A stretch of 64,000 nt of DNA from contig CAXXWS020000003.1 in NCBI GenBank assembly GCA_963665325.3, positions 704,001 to 768,000 on the forward strand, written 5' to 3'. Shown in pieces: positions 48,479 through 58,379 of this stretch. This DNA comes from Alphaproteobacteria bacterium. GTDB taxonomy: Bacteria; Pseudomonadota; Alphaproteobacteria; Bin95. Made by a program: the position numbers and the translations under genes. The stretch's first letter is position 1. Each line of letters starts with the position of its first letter. The notes under the pieces were generated by a model. The model ran no database searches and was not told where the DNA came from. It saw only the letters and a list, made by a program, of their open reading frames with translations.

Positions 48479-49489
48479 ATGCAGCCACTCCGAACCGGCC
48501 CGGAAGACGCCTCCGGGGACGTCGTCGCCGGGCGCATCGACGCCGCGGCAGCGCGGCTCGACGAAGCCTCGGCCGCGATAGCGGAGGTGATTTTCGGCCA
48601 GGGTCCTGTGGTCGAACAGGCGATCGTCACCCTGGTCGCCGACGGCCACGGGCTGCTGGTCGGCGTGCCGGGCCTCGGCAAGACGCTGCTCGTCGAGACC
48701 CTGTCGCGGGTGTTCGGCCTGGACCGCCGGCGGGTGCAGTTCACTCCAGACCTTATGCCGACCGACATCCTTGGCTCCGAGATACTGGAGGACAACGGGG
48801 ACGGCAGGCGTTTCCGCTATCTCGAGGGGCCGGTATTCACCCAACTGCTGATGGCGGACGAGATCAACCGCGCCAGCCCGCGCACGCAGTCGGCGCTGCT
48901 CCAGGCCATGCAGGAGCGCCAGGTCTCGGTCGCCGGGCACCCGCGGCCCCTGCCGCGGCCCTTCCATGTGCTCGCGACCCAGAACCCGATCGAGCAGGAA
49001 GGCACTTATCCGCTTCCCGAGGCGCAGCTCGACCGCTTCCTGCTCCAGATCGACGTGGCCTATCCCGATGTCGAGACCGAGAAGACGATCCTGCTGAAGA
49101 CCACCGGCGGCGAGTCGCAGGAGGCGCGCCCTACCGTGGCGGCCGAGGAATTGCTGGAGCTGCAGGAGCTGGCGCGGCTCATGCCGATTGGCGAGAAGGT
49201 GCTGGCGGCAATTCTCGACCTGGTCCGGCGCGGCAGGCCGGAAAGCGCGGAGGACAGGCGCATTGCCGAATGGATCTCCTGGGGACCCGGCCCGAGGGCC
49301 GGGCAGGCGCTGATGCGCTGTGCGCGGGCGCGGGCCCTGCTGCAGGGCCGGCTGTCGCCCTCGGTCGAGGATGTGAGGGCGTTGGCCGGCCCGGTGCTGC
49401 GCCACAGGCTGGTGCTTTCCTATGCCGCGAGGGCGGAGGGGATAGACGTTGACCATGTCATCGCCTGTCTGACCGCCTCGCTGGACTGA
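48479..49489 (+). CDS. moxR: MoxR family AAA+ ATPase
   Basis: GVPGLGKT, QFTPDLMP, ADEINRA, ATQNPIEQEGTYPLPEAQLDRF. Confidence 0.93.
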   Translation: MQPLRTGPEDASGDVVAGRIDAAAARLDEASAAIAEVIFGQGPVVEQAIVTLVADGHGLLVGVPGLGKTLLVETLSRVFGLDRRRVQFTPDLMPTDILGSEILEDNGDGRRFRYLEGPVFTQLLMADEINRASPRTQSALLQAMQERQVSVAGHPRPLPRPFHVLATQNPIEQEGTYPLPEAQLDRFLLQIDVAYPDVETEKTILLKTTGGESQEARPTVAAEELLELQELARLMPIGEKVLAAILDLVRRGRPESAEDRRIAEWISWGPGPRAGQALMRCARARALLQGRLSPSVEDVRALAGPVLRHRLVLSYAARAEGIDVDHVIACLTASLD

Positions 49490-49502
49490 GCGAGCGGCTG
49501 CC

Positions 49503-50369
49503 GTGCCCGTGGCCGCCGCCGAACGGCTCTCCGCCGGCCTGCCGGCGCCCACGATCGCCGCGCTCCGGGTGGCGGAAACGGTCAGCGCCGGCTCCCACGG
49601 TCTCCGGCGGCCGGGGCCGGGCTACGATTTCTGGCAATTCCGCCTCTACCGCCCGGGAGACCCCGTGCGCGCCGTCGACTGGCGGCGCTCGGCACGGGAC
49701 GGCCGGGTGCTGATCAGCGAGCGCGAGCGCGATGCCGCGCAGACCTTCTGGCTCTGGGAAGACCGTTCGGCCTCCATGGACTGGCGCGGGGCGCGGACGC
49801 GGGAAACGAAGGCCGACCGCGCCCGCCTGCTCATCCTCGCCGCGGCCACGCTGTTGATGCGCGCCGGCCACCAGGTGGCGCCCATCGGCCCTGCGCCCGG
49901 CCGCTACCGCCACGAACGGCGCCTGGCCGAGCTTTCGCTGGCGCTCGACCGCGCGCCTCCCATCGCCGGCCTGCCCCGCAATCTCGGCTTCGGGAAATAC
50001 GCCCAGGCGCTGCTTGTGGGCGATTTCCTCGATTCGGCCGGCACGATCGAACCCCTGTTCCGCCGGCTGGCGGACGCCGGCGTGCGCGGCCACATCGTCC
50101 AGGTGCTCGACCCGGCGGAGACCGGGCTGCCGATGCGGGGCAGGCGGCGGTTCGTCGGCCTGGAGGGCGAGGGTGAACTCCTCGTGCGCCGCGTGGGAGG
50201 CCTTCGCGCCGCCTATCGCGAGCGCCTCGATGCGCATAACGAGGCCCTGAGGGGCCGCGCCGCGCAACTCGGCTGGACCGTGCTCCGGCACGTGACCGAC
50301 GCACCGCCGGTCTCGGCTCTGCTGGCGCTTGTCGGCCAGCTCTCCGAGCGGCCCGACCGGCTGTGCTGA
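49503..50369 (+). CDS. DUF58 domain protein
   Basis: FWQFRLYRPGD...VDWRRSAR, DRSASM. Confidence 0.9.
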   Translation: MPVAAAERLSAGLPAPTIAALRVAETVSAGSHGLRRPGPGYDFWQFRLYRPGDPVRAVDWRRSARDGRVLISERERDAAQTFWLWEDRSASMDWRGARTRETKADRARLLILAAATLLMRAGHQVAPIGPAPGRYRHERRLAELSLALDRAPPIAGLPRNLGFGKYAQALLVGDFLDSAGTIEPLFRRLADAGVRGHIVQVLDPAETGLPMRGRRRFVGLEGEGELLVRRVGGLRAAYRERLDAHNEALRGRAAQLGWTVLRHVTDAPPVSALLALVGQLSERPDRLC

Positions 50370-53065
50370 CACTGGGCGCCATAGGCTTCGCGGCGCCGTG
50401 GTTCCTGCTCGGCCTACTGACCCTGCCGCTGGTCTGGCTGCTGCTTCGCATCACCCCGCCGCAGCCGATCGCCACGCGCTTTCCCGCGATCCGGTTCCTT
50501 TTCGGCCTCAGGCAGGACGACGATACCAGCGAGCGTACGCCGCCTTGGATGCTGCTCCTGCGGCTGCTGATTGCGGCGCTGCTGGTGTTTGCGGCCGCCC
50601 GGCCGATCCTCGCGCCCGGCAGCCTGCTGGCGGGGCGCGGCGAGGTGGTGCTCGCCATTGACGACGGCTGGGCCTCGGCCCCGCGCTGGCCCGCCATGCA
50701 GGCTGCGGCCCTTGCCGTATTGGACGAGGCCGCCCGGCGGGACCGCACGGTCCGGCTGCTTGCGACGGCACCGGGCCCCGACGGTGCTCCGCCGGACGCC
50801 GCCGGCCCGTTTGCGGCCGGCGATGCGGCCGCGGCCATAGCGGCGATGGAGCCGAAGCCCTGGCCGACGGACCGGGCTTTCGCGACCGAGGTCCTGAGGG
50901 CGTTGGACCTTTCGGGGGCCGCGACCGCCATATGGGTGAGCGACGGGCTTGAAAGCGCGGGCGCGGCAGGCTTCGCCCGGGCGTTGCAGCGCCTCGGCAG
51001 CCTGGATGTGCTGCGCCCGGAGGCCCGCGCCCGGCTTCTTCGCCTGCCGGAGCGCGAAGCCGGGCGCGTGACGGTCCGGGTGGAACGGGTCGGCGGCGGG
51101 ACGCGGACGCTTGCCGTCGAGGCGCTGGACGAGGAAGGCCTGCGGCTGGCCTCCGCGGAACTCGCGTTCGAAGAGGGCGAAACCTCTGCATCGGCGACCA
51201 TCGAGCGGCCGGACGAGCTTCTGAACCGCATTGCACGTTTCCGCATCGGCGGCGAGACCGGCGCGGGCGCCACCGCGCTGGTCGGCAGCGACTGGCGGCG
51301 GCGCAAGGTCGGCCTGGTGGCGCCCGGCACGGCCGGTCATCCGCTGCTGGACGACCAGCATTATTTGCGCGCCGCGCTCGCCCCGTTCGCAACCGTGATC
51401 GAGGGTCCTGTCGATGCGCTCCTGGAAGCGGGGGTCGGCGCGCTGGTGCTGACGGATGCCGCGGCGCCGAAACGGGCGGAGCGGGACATGCTGGCCGAAT
51501 GGGTGGAGGCCGGCGGGGTGTTGCTGCGCTTTTCCGGGCCGCGGTTGGCCGAGTCGGGCGCGGACCTGCTGCCGGTGCCGCTGCGGCGGGGCAGGCGCGA
51601 ACTCGGCGGCGCGCTCACCTGGGCGAGGCCGCAACAGCTCGGCGCGTTTTCCGGGACGGGCCCGTTCGCCGGGCTCCAACCGGCCGCCGACATCGCCGTG
51701 ACCCGCCAGGTGCTGGCCGAGCCGGGTCCGGAGCTTTCCGAACGGAGCTGGGCGACCCTGGCCGACGGCACCCCGGTCGTCACCGGCGCGCGCCTGGGCG
51801 AGGGATGGACGGTGCTGGTCCACACTTCCGCCAATGCCGACTGGTCCACACTCGCCCTTTCCGGGCTCTACCCGCAGATGCTGGCCCGCCTCGCCGTGCT
51901 CGGCCGAGGGACGGGCGGGCTTGACGGGCCGCTCGATCCGGCGCGGCTGCTGGACGGGTTCGGGCGATGGACGAAACCCGGCCCGGCCGTCCTGCCGCTG
52001 CCGGCCGCCTGGACCGGCGCGGAGCCGTCGGGCCCGTCCATGCCACCGGGACTCTACGGTCGGGCAGGGGGCTTCCGGGCGGTCAATCTCGGCGGCGCCC
52101 TGGCCGCGCCGGAACCGCTTGCGGGCCTGCCGCAAGGCGTGGTCGAGCGGGCGCTGGGGCCCGGCCGCGAGCAGCCGCTGACGCCGTGGCTGCTGCTCGC
52201 GTGCATCGCCCTCCTTTTGGTGGACGGCGTGGCCTCGCTCGCCTATCGCGGCTACCTGCCGCTCGGTGCGAAGGCGGCGCTGGCGGCCCTGCTGCTCGCC
52301 GGCTTCGGCGGCGGCAACGAACTGCAGGCGCAGCAGCCTGCCGAGAGGATCGCCGCTGAGGTCCACCTCGCCTATGTCGTCACCGGCGATGCGGAGGTGG
52401 ACGAGACCAGCCGCGCCGGGCTCGCCGGCCTGATCCGCGTGTTGAGCGAGCGGACCATGGTCGAGCCGGGAGCGCCGCAGCCGGTCGATGTCGAACGGGA
52501 CGACCTGGTCTTCTTCCCGCTGTTGTACTGGCCGGTCGCCGCGAACCAGCCGCCGCTCTCCGACACCGCGCGCGCCCGGATCGCCGCCTATGTGGCGACG
52601 GGCGGCATGCTGGTGTTCGACACCCGCGACCAGGGCGCCGCCGCCGGCGGGTTCGACATTCGCGGCGGACTGGTGACGCCCGAGCGTGACCGCCTGCACC
52701 GGCTGCTTGCAGGCATGCGCGTGCCGCCGCTCACCGCAGTGCCGCCCGACCATGTGCTGACAAGGGCGTTCTACCTGCTCCAGAGCTTTGCCGGCCGGCA
52801 TGAAGGCGGCACGGTATGGGTCGAGCGCAGCGCCTCCCGGCGCAATGACAGCGTGACCGGCTACCTGATCGGCTCGAACGACTGGGCGGCGGCCTGGGCC
52901 GAGGACGACCACGGGCGCCCGCTGTTCGCCGTCACACCCGGCGGCGAGCGCCAGCGGGAGGCGGCGCGGCGCTTCGGCATCAATCTCGTCATGCATGCGC
53001 TTACCGGCAACTACAAGGCCGACCAGGTGCATGTGCCGGCCATCCTGCGCCGCCTCGACGGATGA
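50363..53065 (+). CDS. BatA-N / DUF4159 membrane protein
   Basis: FAAPWFLLGL...LLLRLL...AARP N-terminus; FPLLYWP, RFGINLVMHALTGNYKADQVH C-terminus. Confidence 0.88.
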   Translation: MLTLGAIGFAAPWFLLGLLTLPLVWLLLRITPPQPIATRFPAIRFLFGLRQDDDTSERTPPWMLLLRLLIAALLVFAAARPILAPGSLLAGRGEVVLAIDDGWASAPRWPAMQAAALAVLDEAARRDRTVRLLATAPGPDGAPPDAAGPFAAGDAAAAIAAMEPKPWPTDRAFATEVLRALDLSGAATAIWVSDGLESAGAAGFARALQRLGSLDVLRPEARARLLRLPEREAGRVTVRVERVGGGTRTLAVEALDEEGLRLASAELAFEEGETSASATIERPDELLNRIARFRIGGETGAGATALVGSDWRRRKVGLVAPGTAGHPLLDDQHYLRAALAPFATVIEGPVDALLEAGVGALVLTDAAAPKRAERDMLAEWVEAGGVLLRFSGPRLAESGADLLPVPLRRGRRELGGALTWARPQQLGAFSGTGPFAGLQPAADIAVTRQVLAEPGPELSERSWATLADGTPVVTGARLGEGWTVLVHTSANADWSTLALSGLYPQMLARLAVLGRGTGGLDGPLDPARLLDGFGRWTKPGPAVLPLPAAWTGAEPSGPSMPPGLYGRAGGFRAVNLGGALAAPEPLAGLPQGVVERALGPGREQPLTPWLLLACIALLLVDGVASLAYRGYLPLGAKAALAALLLAGFGGGNELQAQQPAERIAAEVHLAYVVTGDAEVDETSRAGLAGLIRVLSERTMVEPGAPQPVDVERDDLVFFPLLYWPVAANQPPLSDTARARIAAYVATGGMLVFDTRDQGAAAGGFDIRGGLVTPERDRLHRLLAGMRVPPLTAVPPDHVLTRAFYLLQSFAGRHEGGTVWVERSASRRNDSVTGYLIGSNDWAAAWAEDDHGRPLFAVTPGGERQREAARRFGINLVMHALTGNYKADQVHVPAILRRLDG

Positions 53066-55152
53066 TCGCGAACGCGACCGATATTGCCTTCGCGCCGATG
53101 CTGCCCTGGTGGCTGCTCGGGGCGGTAGGCGCGGCGGCGCTGGCGGCCGCGGGGCTCGCCTTCGCGCGCCGCGCGTCGGGCGGCCCGCTCCGGCTGCTGC
53201 TTTCGGCGCTGCTCCTCGCCGCCCTGACGCGGCCCACCCTCGTCTCGGAACTGCGGGAACCGGAACGCGATGTGGTCGTCGTCGCGGTGGACCGCTCCGC
53301 CAGCCAGCGCGTCGGCGGCCGGGTCCGCATGACGGACGAGACGCTGGACGCGCTGGCTGGCGGGTTCGACTTCCAGCCGCGCGTCGATGCGCTTGTCGTT
53401 GAGACCGCCGGAGACGGGGCGGGCGAACGCAACCGGGGCACAGCGCTGCTCAGCGCGCTGCGCGAAGCCTGGGCGGCGGTTCCCCGGCGCCAGCGGGCCG
53501 GGGCCATCCTGATAACCGACGGCCAGGCGCACGATGCGGCGGCCGCTCCTGTGGACCCCGAGGAGATGGGACCGGTCCATGTGCTGCTGACCGGTGAGCC
53601 GGAACGGGACGGCGACCGCCGGCTGTCGGTCGAGGCGGCGCCGGCCTATGGCATTGTCGGCAAGGATGTCGAAGTCGAACTTCTCGTGGAGGATCTCGGC
53701 CCGGAAGGAGCGGGGCAGGGCGGCGCCCTGGTGTCGATCTCGGCGGACGGCCGCCCGCTGAAGACCGTGGGCGTCGTCCTCGGCCGCGCGAAACGGGTCG
53801 CCCTTCCCGTTGGCCATGCCGGCAATACGGTCTTCGAGTTCGGCGTGGAGGAGGGGCCGCGCGAACTCAGCCTCGCCAACAACCGCGCCGTGGCGACCGT
53901 GAACGGCGTGCGCGACCGCCTGAAAGTGCTCCTCGTTTCCGGCCGGCCCCATCTGGGCGAGCGGGTCTGGCGCAACCTGCTCAAGTCCGACCCGGCGGTG
54001 GACCTCATCCACTTCACGATCCTGCGCCCGCCCTACAAGCAGGACGCCACGCCCATCCGCGAGCTCGCGCTGATTTCCTTCCCGGTGCGCGAGCTGTTCG
54101 AGCAGCGGCTGGAGGAGTTCGACCTGGTCGTCTTCGACCGCTATGCGCGCCGGGGCGTGATCCCGCAACTCTACCTTACCAATGTCGCCGACTATGTACG
54201 CGGAGGCGGCGCGCTGCTCGACGCGGCCGGCCCGGCATTCGCCTCGAAGGTCACGACGCTCCACGAGTCGGCGCTGAGCAGCGTCTATCCCGCCGCCCCG
54301 ACGGGGCGCATCCTCACCGAGCCGTTCCGTCCGGTCCCGACGGACCTCGGTCGGCGCCATCCGGTAACCGGCCCGCTGGTGGCGGGGTCGGCGGAGCCGC
54401 GCTGGGGGCGCTGGCTGCGCCAGATCGATGTCGAACGCGAACGCGGCCAGACGCTGCTGTCCGGCGCGGACGGCCGTCCGCTGCTGCTCGTGGACCGGGT
54501 GGGCGAGGGCCGGGTGGGGCTGCTCGCCAGCGACCAGGTGTGGCTCTGGGCGCGCGGCTACCAGGGCGGGGGCCCCCATGCCGAACTGCTGCGCCGGCTC
54601 GCCCACTGGCTGATGAAGGAGCCGGACCTAGAAGAGGACGCGCTCATAGCCGGGATCGTCGGCGGCCGGCTGGAGGTCGAGCGGCGCAAGGCGGAGGCGG
54701 AGCCCGAGCCGGTGACCGCGCTTTCGCCGGATGGGCGCACCCTCGATGTCGAGCTCAGGCCCGCAGGCGCCGGGCGCTGGCGGGGCGCTGTGGAAGCGGA
54801 CACGGTCGGCGTCTGGCAGGTGCAGGCGGGCCGGAAGACCGCGATTGCAGGCGCAGCCGTCGAGAACCCGCTGGAATTCGAGGATCTGCGCCCGACCGCG
54901 GACCGCCTGGCCCCGGTCGCCGAAGCCACGGGCGGGCGTCTGTTGTGGCTCGGCCGGGACGGTGTGCCGGAACTGCGCTCGGTCAGGCCCGGCGGGCGCA
55001 TGGCCGGGCGCGATTGGATCGGGGTGCGCGACAACCGCGCCTACCGGGTGACCGGCATTGAGCGCACACCCCTGCTGCCGGGCTGGCTGGTACTGGCGCT
55101 CGCGGCAATGCTGCTCGCATGGCTCTGGCGCTGCGAGGGGCAGCGCGGATAG
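53062..55152 (+). CDS. Membrane protein with VWA-like and glutamine amidotransferase-like domains (moxR operon)
   Basis: VDRSASQ, ITDGQAHD, VLLVSGRPHLGERVWRNLLKSDP. Confidence 0.85.
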   Translation: MIANATDIAFAPMLPWWLLGAVGAAALAAAGLAFARRASGGPLRLLLSALLLAALTRPTLVSELREPERDVVVVAVDRSASQRVGGRVRMTDETLDALAGGFDFQPRVDALVVETAGDGAGERNRGTALLSALREAWAAVPRRQRAGAILITDGQAHDAAAAPVDPEEMGPVHVLLTGEPERDGDRRLSVEAAPAYGIVGKDVEVELLVEDLGPEGAGQGGALVSISADGRPLKTVGVVLGRAKRVALPVGHAGNTVFEFGVEEGPRELSLANNRAVATVNGVRDRLKVLLVSGRPHLGERVWRNLLKSDPAVDLIHFTILRPPYKQDATPIRELALISFPVRELFEQRLEEFDLVVFDRYARRGVIPQLYLTNVADYVRGGGALLDAAGPAFASKVTTLHESALSSVYPAAPTGRILTEPFRPVPTDLGRRHPVTGPLVAGSAEPRWGRWLRQIDVERERGQTLLSGADGRPLLLVDRVGEGRVGLLASDQVWLWARGYQGGGPHAELLRRLAHWLMKEPDLEEDALIAGIVGGRLEVERRKAEAEPEPVTALSPDGRTLDVELRPAGAGRWRGAVEADTVGVWQVQAGRKTAIAGAAVENPLEFEDLRPTADRLAPVAEATGGRLLWLGRDGVPELRSVRPGGRMAGRDWIGVRDNRAYRVTGIERTPLLPGWLVLALAAMLLAWLWRCEGQRG

Positions 55153-55158
55153 TCGGGA

Positions 55159-56133
55159 TCAGGGGCGGAGCACCAGCCGGCCGGCGGCCTTGCGGTCCAT
55201 GATTGCGCGCAGCGCCGCGGGCGCTTCCTCGAGCGGCAGTTCCGAGGAGATGTGCGGGCGGATGCGGCCGGCGGCGGCCCAGCCCAGCAGCGCCTCGGCC
55301 GAGGCGCGCAGCCGGTCGGGCCGGCGCTTGCGGTAGTTGAACAGCGCGAGGCCGAGCGCGGCGCGGTTCTTCACCAGCAGATGGTTCGCCCTGAAGGCCG
55401 GAACCGCGCCGCCGGCGAAGCCGACCACGATATGCCGCCCGCCCCAGCCGAGCGAGCGGAAGCTCTCCTCGAACAGGTCGCCGCCGACGGGGTCGAACAC
55501 GGCATCGCAGCCCTCGCCGCCGGTCTCGGACATGACGCGCTCGCGGATCGATTCCGCCGGGTATGTCACGACCGCATCGGCGCCGCGCTCTTCGGCGAGC
55601 GTGCATTTCTCCGCCGTCGAGGCCGCCGCGATGACGCGCGCGCCAAGCGCCTTGCCGACCTCTACCGCCGCCAGCCCGGTGCCGCCGCCCGCGCCCAGCA
55701 CCAGCAGGGTCTCGCCGGCTTCCAGGCGCGCTTCCCAGAACAGCCCGGCATGGGCGGTGAGATAGGCCGCGCCCAGCGCCGCCGCCGCCGTCATCGACAC
55801 ACCTTCCGGCACGGGAAACGTCTCCGCCGCCGGCGCGACGGCGCATTCGGCATGGCCGCCGTCATAGACCAGCGCCATGACCCGGTCGCCGGGCGAGAAC
55901 CCTTCGGCGCCCGTGCCTGTTTCCGTCACCCGGCCGGCCACTTCCATGCCCGGCGCGAAGGGCAGCTCGTGCTTGTTCTGGTGCAGGTCGCGGATCATCA
56001 GCGTGTCCGCGAAGCTGACGCCCGCCGCTTCGACCCGGATCGCCACCTCGCCGGCTCCCGGCTCCGGCGCCGGAAGCGCGCCCGTCTCAAGCTCTTCCGG
56101 CGGGCCGAAGGCCCGGCAAACGACGGCGCGCAT
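55159..56133 (-). CDS. NADPH:quinone oxidoreductase family protein
   Basis: PGMEVAG, LGAGGGTG, FDPVGG. Confidence 0.9.
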   Translation of the reverse strand: MRAVVCRAFGPPEELETGALPAPEPGAGEVAIRVEAAGVSFADTLMIRDLHQNKHELPFAPGMEVAGRVTETGTGAEGFSPGDRVMALVYDGGHAECAVAPAAETFPVPEGVSMTAAAALGAAYLTAHAGLFWEARLEAGETLLVLGAGGGTGLAAVEVGKALGARVIAAASTAEKCTLAEERGADAVVTYPAESIRERVMSETGGEGCDAVFDPVGGDLFEESFRSLGWGGRHIVVGFAGGAVPAFRANHLLVKNRAALGLALFNYRKRRPDRLRASAEALLGWAAAGRIRPHISSELPLEEAPAALRAIMDRKAAGRLVLRP

Positions 56134-56150
56134 CGGCCCGGGATCCGGAC

Positions 56151-56930
56151 TCAGTCCCGGTAGCTCGGGTCTTTCCGGTCCATCTTGCGCATCAGGGCCG
56201 CGAATTCGAGCCCGCCCATCGCCTCGTTGCTTTCGCGCCCGGCAAAGGCGTTGGTGTCCCGCCCCGACTGCGCCGCAATGTCGTCCGACAGCACCCTCGG
56301 CGTGCCGGCCGCGCCGGCATCGACCTGGACCTGGCAGGCCCGCTCCAGCCGGTAGAGGCGCGCGAACGCCTCCGCGACCGTGCGCCCCACGGTCAGCAGG
56401 CCGTGATTGCGCAGGATCATCGCCTTCTTCTCGCCGAGTGCCGCCAGCAGGCGGTCGCGCTCGTCGAGATAGACGCTCGGCCCCTCATAGTCGTGATAGG
56501 CGATGTCGTCGAAGAAGGTGGTGGATGTCATCGAGATCGGCAGCAGCCCTTCCTCGACGGCGGCGACGGCCATGCCGGCCCGGGTGTGGGTGTGCATGAC
56601 GCAATTATTGTCGCCGCCCGCCATATGGATGGCGGAATGGATGACGAAGCCGGCATAGTTGGCCTCGTAATCGCCTTCGATGAGGTTCCCGTCCAGGTCG
56701 ATGCGGATCAGGTTCGAGGCCGTCACCTCCTCGTAGTTCAGGCCGAAGGGGTTGATGAGGAAATGGTGGTCCGGCCCCGGCACGCGCGCGGTGAGATGGC
56801 CGTAGATGAGCTCTGTCCAGCCGAAATGGTCTACCAGCCGATAGGCGCAGGCCAGTTCCATGCGGATGCGCCGTTCCTCGTCCAGCTCGTCGAGCGCGGG
56901 GTAGGGCCCGCTCGCCTGCATGCCGTCCAT
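56151..56930 (-). CDS. Class II aldolase/adducin family protein
   Basis: GHLTARVPG, IHSAIH, MHTHT, LRNHGLL. Confidence 0.9.
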   Translation of the reverse strand: MDGMQASGPYPALDELDEERRIRMELACAYRLVDHFGWTELIYGHLTARVPGPDHHFLINPFGLNYEEVTASNLIRIDLDGNLIEGDYEANYAGFVIHSAIHMAGGDNNCVMHTHTRAGMAVAAVEEGLLPISMTSTTFFDDIAYHDYEGPSVYLDERDRLLAALGEKKAMILRNHGLLTVGRTVAEAFARLYRLERACQVQVDAGAAGTPRVLSDDIAAQSGRDTNAFAGRESNEAMGGLEFAALMRKMDRKDPSYRD

Positions 56931-56943
56931 CGTCTCGTCCTCC

Positions 56944-58320
56944 TCAGCCGATTTCCGCTCCGGCCGGCGCCAGCGCCGCGCCGACATCGCCGGCATCGTC
57001 CAGGCGGCCGACCGCTCCGATCAGCGCCTCCGCCGCGTCGGCGCCCAGCAGCGGCGCGGCAAGCGCGCGGAACTTGCCCTGCAGCTTCTCCCATTGCCGT
57101 TCGAGATCGTCAGCCGGCGTGCCGACATCCCCCGCGCCGCGCAGGACCACGCCGTTCCCGAGATGAACGACGACATCGGCCGTGTAGGGCTTCATGTCGT
57201 CCGACCCCTCGACCGAGACCGTTTCGCGGATCGCGTGAACGCCGGGCCGGTCCAGATTCTCGTCGAAATAGGTGTCCAGCGCGCCCGTTGCCTGGCGCGT
57301 CAGCCCGAGGCCGACATTGTAGGCGAGGCTGAACTTGGCCTCGAGGCCCGTGGTTGGCGCGGGAATGTTGCACATGCGCAGCGCGCTCATCGGGACCTTG
57401 ATCTCGACCCGCTCCACATTGCCGGCGTCGAGAGCGGGGTTCTCCGCAACGCCGAGACACGCCTCGATGGTCGCGTGGGTGCCGTAGCAGGCCGGATGGT
57501 ACTTGAAGAGCGTGTCCAGGATGTGGAACCGGTCCCGCTCCTCGAGCAGCGTCTCGGGACGGAAGGTCTCGGTCTGCGTGTCGGTGAAGCCCTGCACGCA
57601 GTCGAGCACATCGTCGCGGCTGGTGAAGCCGCGCTCGGCGAGCGTGGCGGCCATGAGGCCGTTGCGCGCTGCCTTGCCGGCGTGGAGCGGCTTGCACATG
57701 GTGCCGAACATGGATTTTAGCCCGGCGGCCTGGGTGCCGGCGATGCCGAGCGCGCGGGCCGTCTGCTCCGCATCGAGGCCGAGCATGTTGGCGGCGGCGG
57801 CAGCCGCCCCGAACGCGCCGACCGTGCCGGTCGCATGCCAGCCCTTCGCATAGTGGCTGTCGCCCAGCACGCGGCCGAGGCGCGCCTCGACCTCGATGCC
57901 GGCGACGATGCCGGCGATGACCCGCCGGCCGTCGAGACCGCGGCCTTCCGCCAGCGCCAGCGCAACGGGAGCTACCGGCGCGGTCGGGTGACCCGTCATG
58001 GCGCCCAGCACATCGTCGAAATCGAGCGCGTGTCCGGTGGCGCCGTTCACCAGCGCCGCCTGGCCCATCGAGGTCCTGGCCCCGGCGCCGAAGAGCGTCG
58101 CGCGTGGCGCGCCGCCTTCCTCGGCCGCCTCGGCCTTCAGCATGAGAGCGAGCGGTTCCGTCGCCCCGGCCAGCGTGACGCCGAGCCAGTCCAGCAGGCA
58201 TTGCCGGGCCATGAAGCGCACATCCGCGGGCAAGTTCTCATAGCGGATGCCGGAGGCAAAACGCGCGAGCTCGTGCGTGACGTGCGGGGTTTCGGCCTCG
58301 CGGCCTGCGGTCTGGCGCAT
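56944..58320 (-). CDS. MmgE/PrpD family protein
   Basis: GHALDFDD, GWHATGT, KPLHAG, FKYHPAC, AKFS. Confidence 0.9.
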   Translation of the reverse strand: MRQTAGREAETPHVTHELARFASGIRYENLPADVRFMARQCLLDWLGVTLAGATEPLALMLKAEAAEEGGAPRATLFGAGARTSMGQAALVNGATGHALDFDDVLGAMTGHPTAPVAPVALALAEGRGLDGRRVIAGIVAGIEVEARLGRVLGDSHYAKGWHATGTVGAFGAAAAAANMLGLDAEQTARALGIAGTQAAGLKSMFGTMCKPLHAGKAARNGLMAATLAERGFTSRDDVLDCVQGFTDTQTETFRPETLLEERDRFHILDTLFKYHPACYGTHATIEACLGVAENPALDAGNVERVEIKVPMSALRMCNIPAPTTGLEAKFSLAYNVGLGLTRQATGALDTYFDENLDRPGVHAIRETVSVEGSDDMKPYTADVVVHLGNGVVLRGAGDVGTPADDLERQWEKLQGKFRALAAPLLGADAAEALIGAVGRLDDAGDVGAALAPAGAEIG

Positions 58321-58379
58321 ATTTCCGGTCCTCCCGGCGCTCTGTTTTCGCAGTGTATGTCGCGTCGGCGCGATGCGCC

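Noticed and set aside
45443-55152. cca-nudL-DUF1285 / moxR-DUF58-DUF4159 block as a novel system
   Set aside because: This is a widely conserved alphaproteobacterial gene arrangement, although its function is incompletely known.
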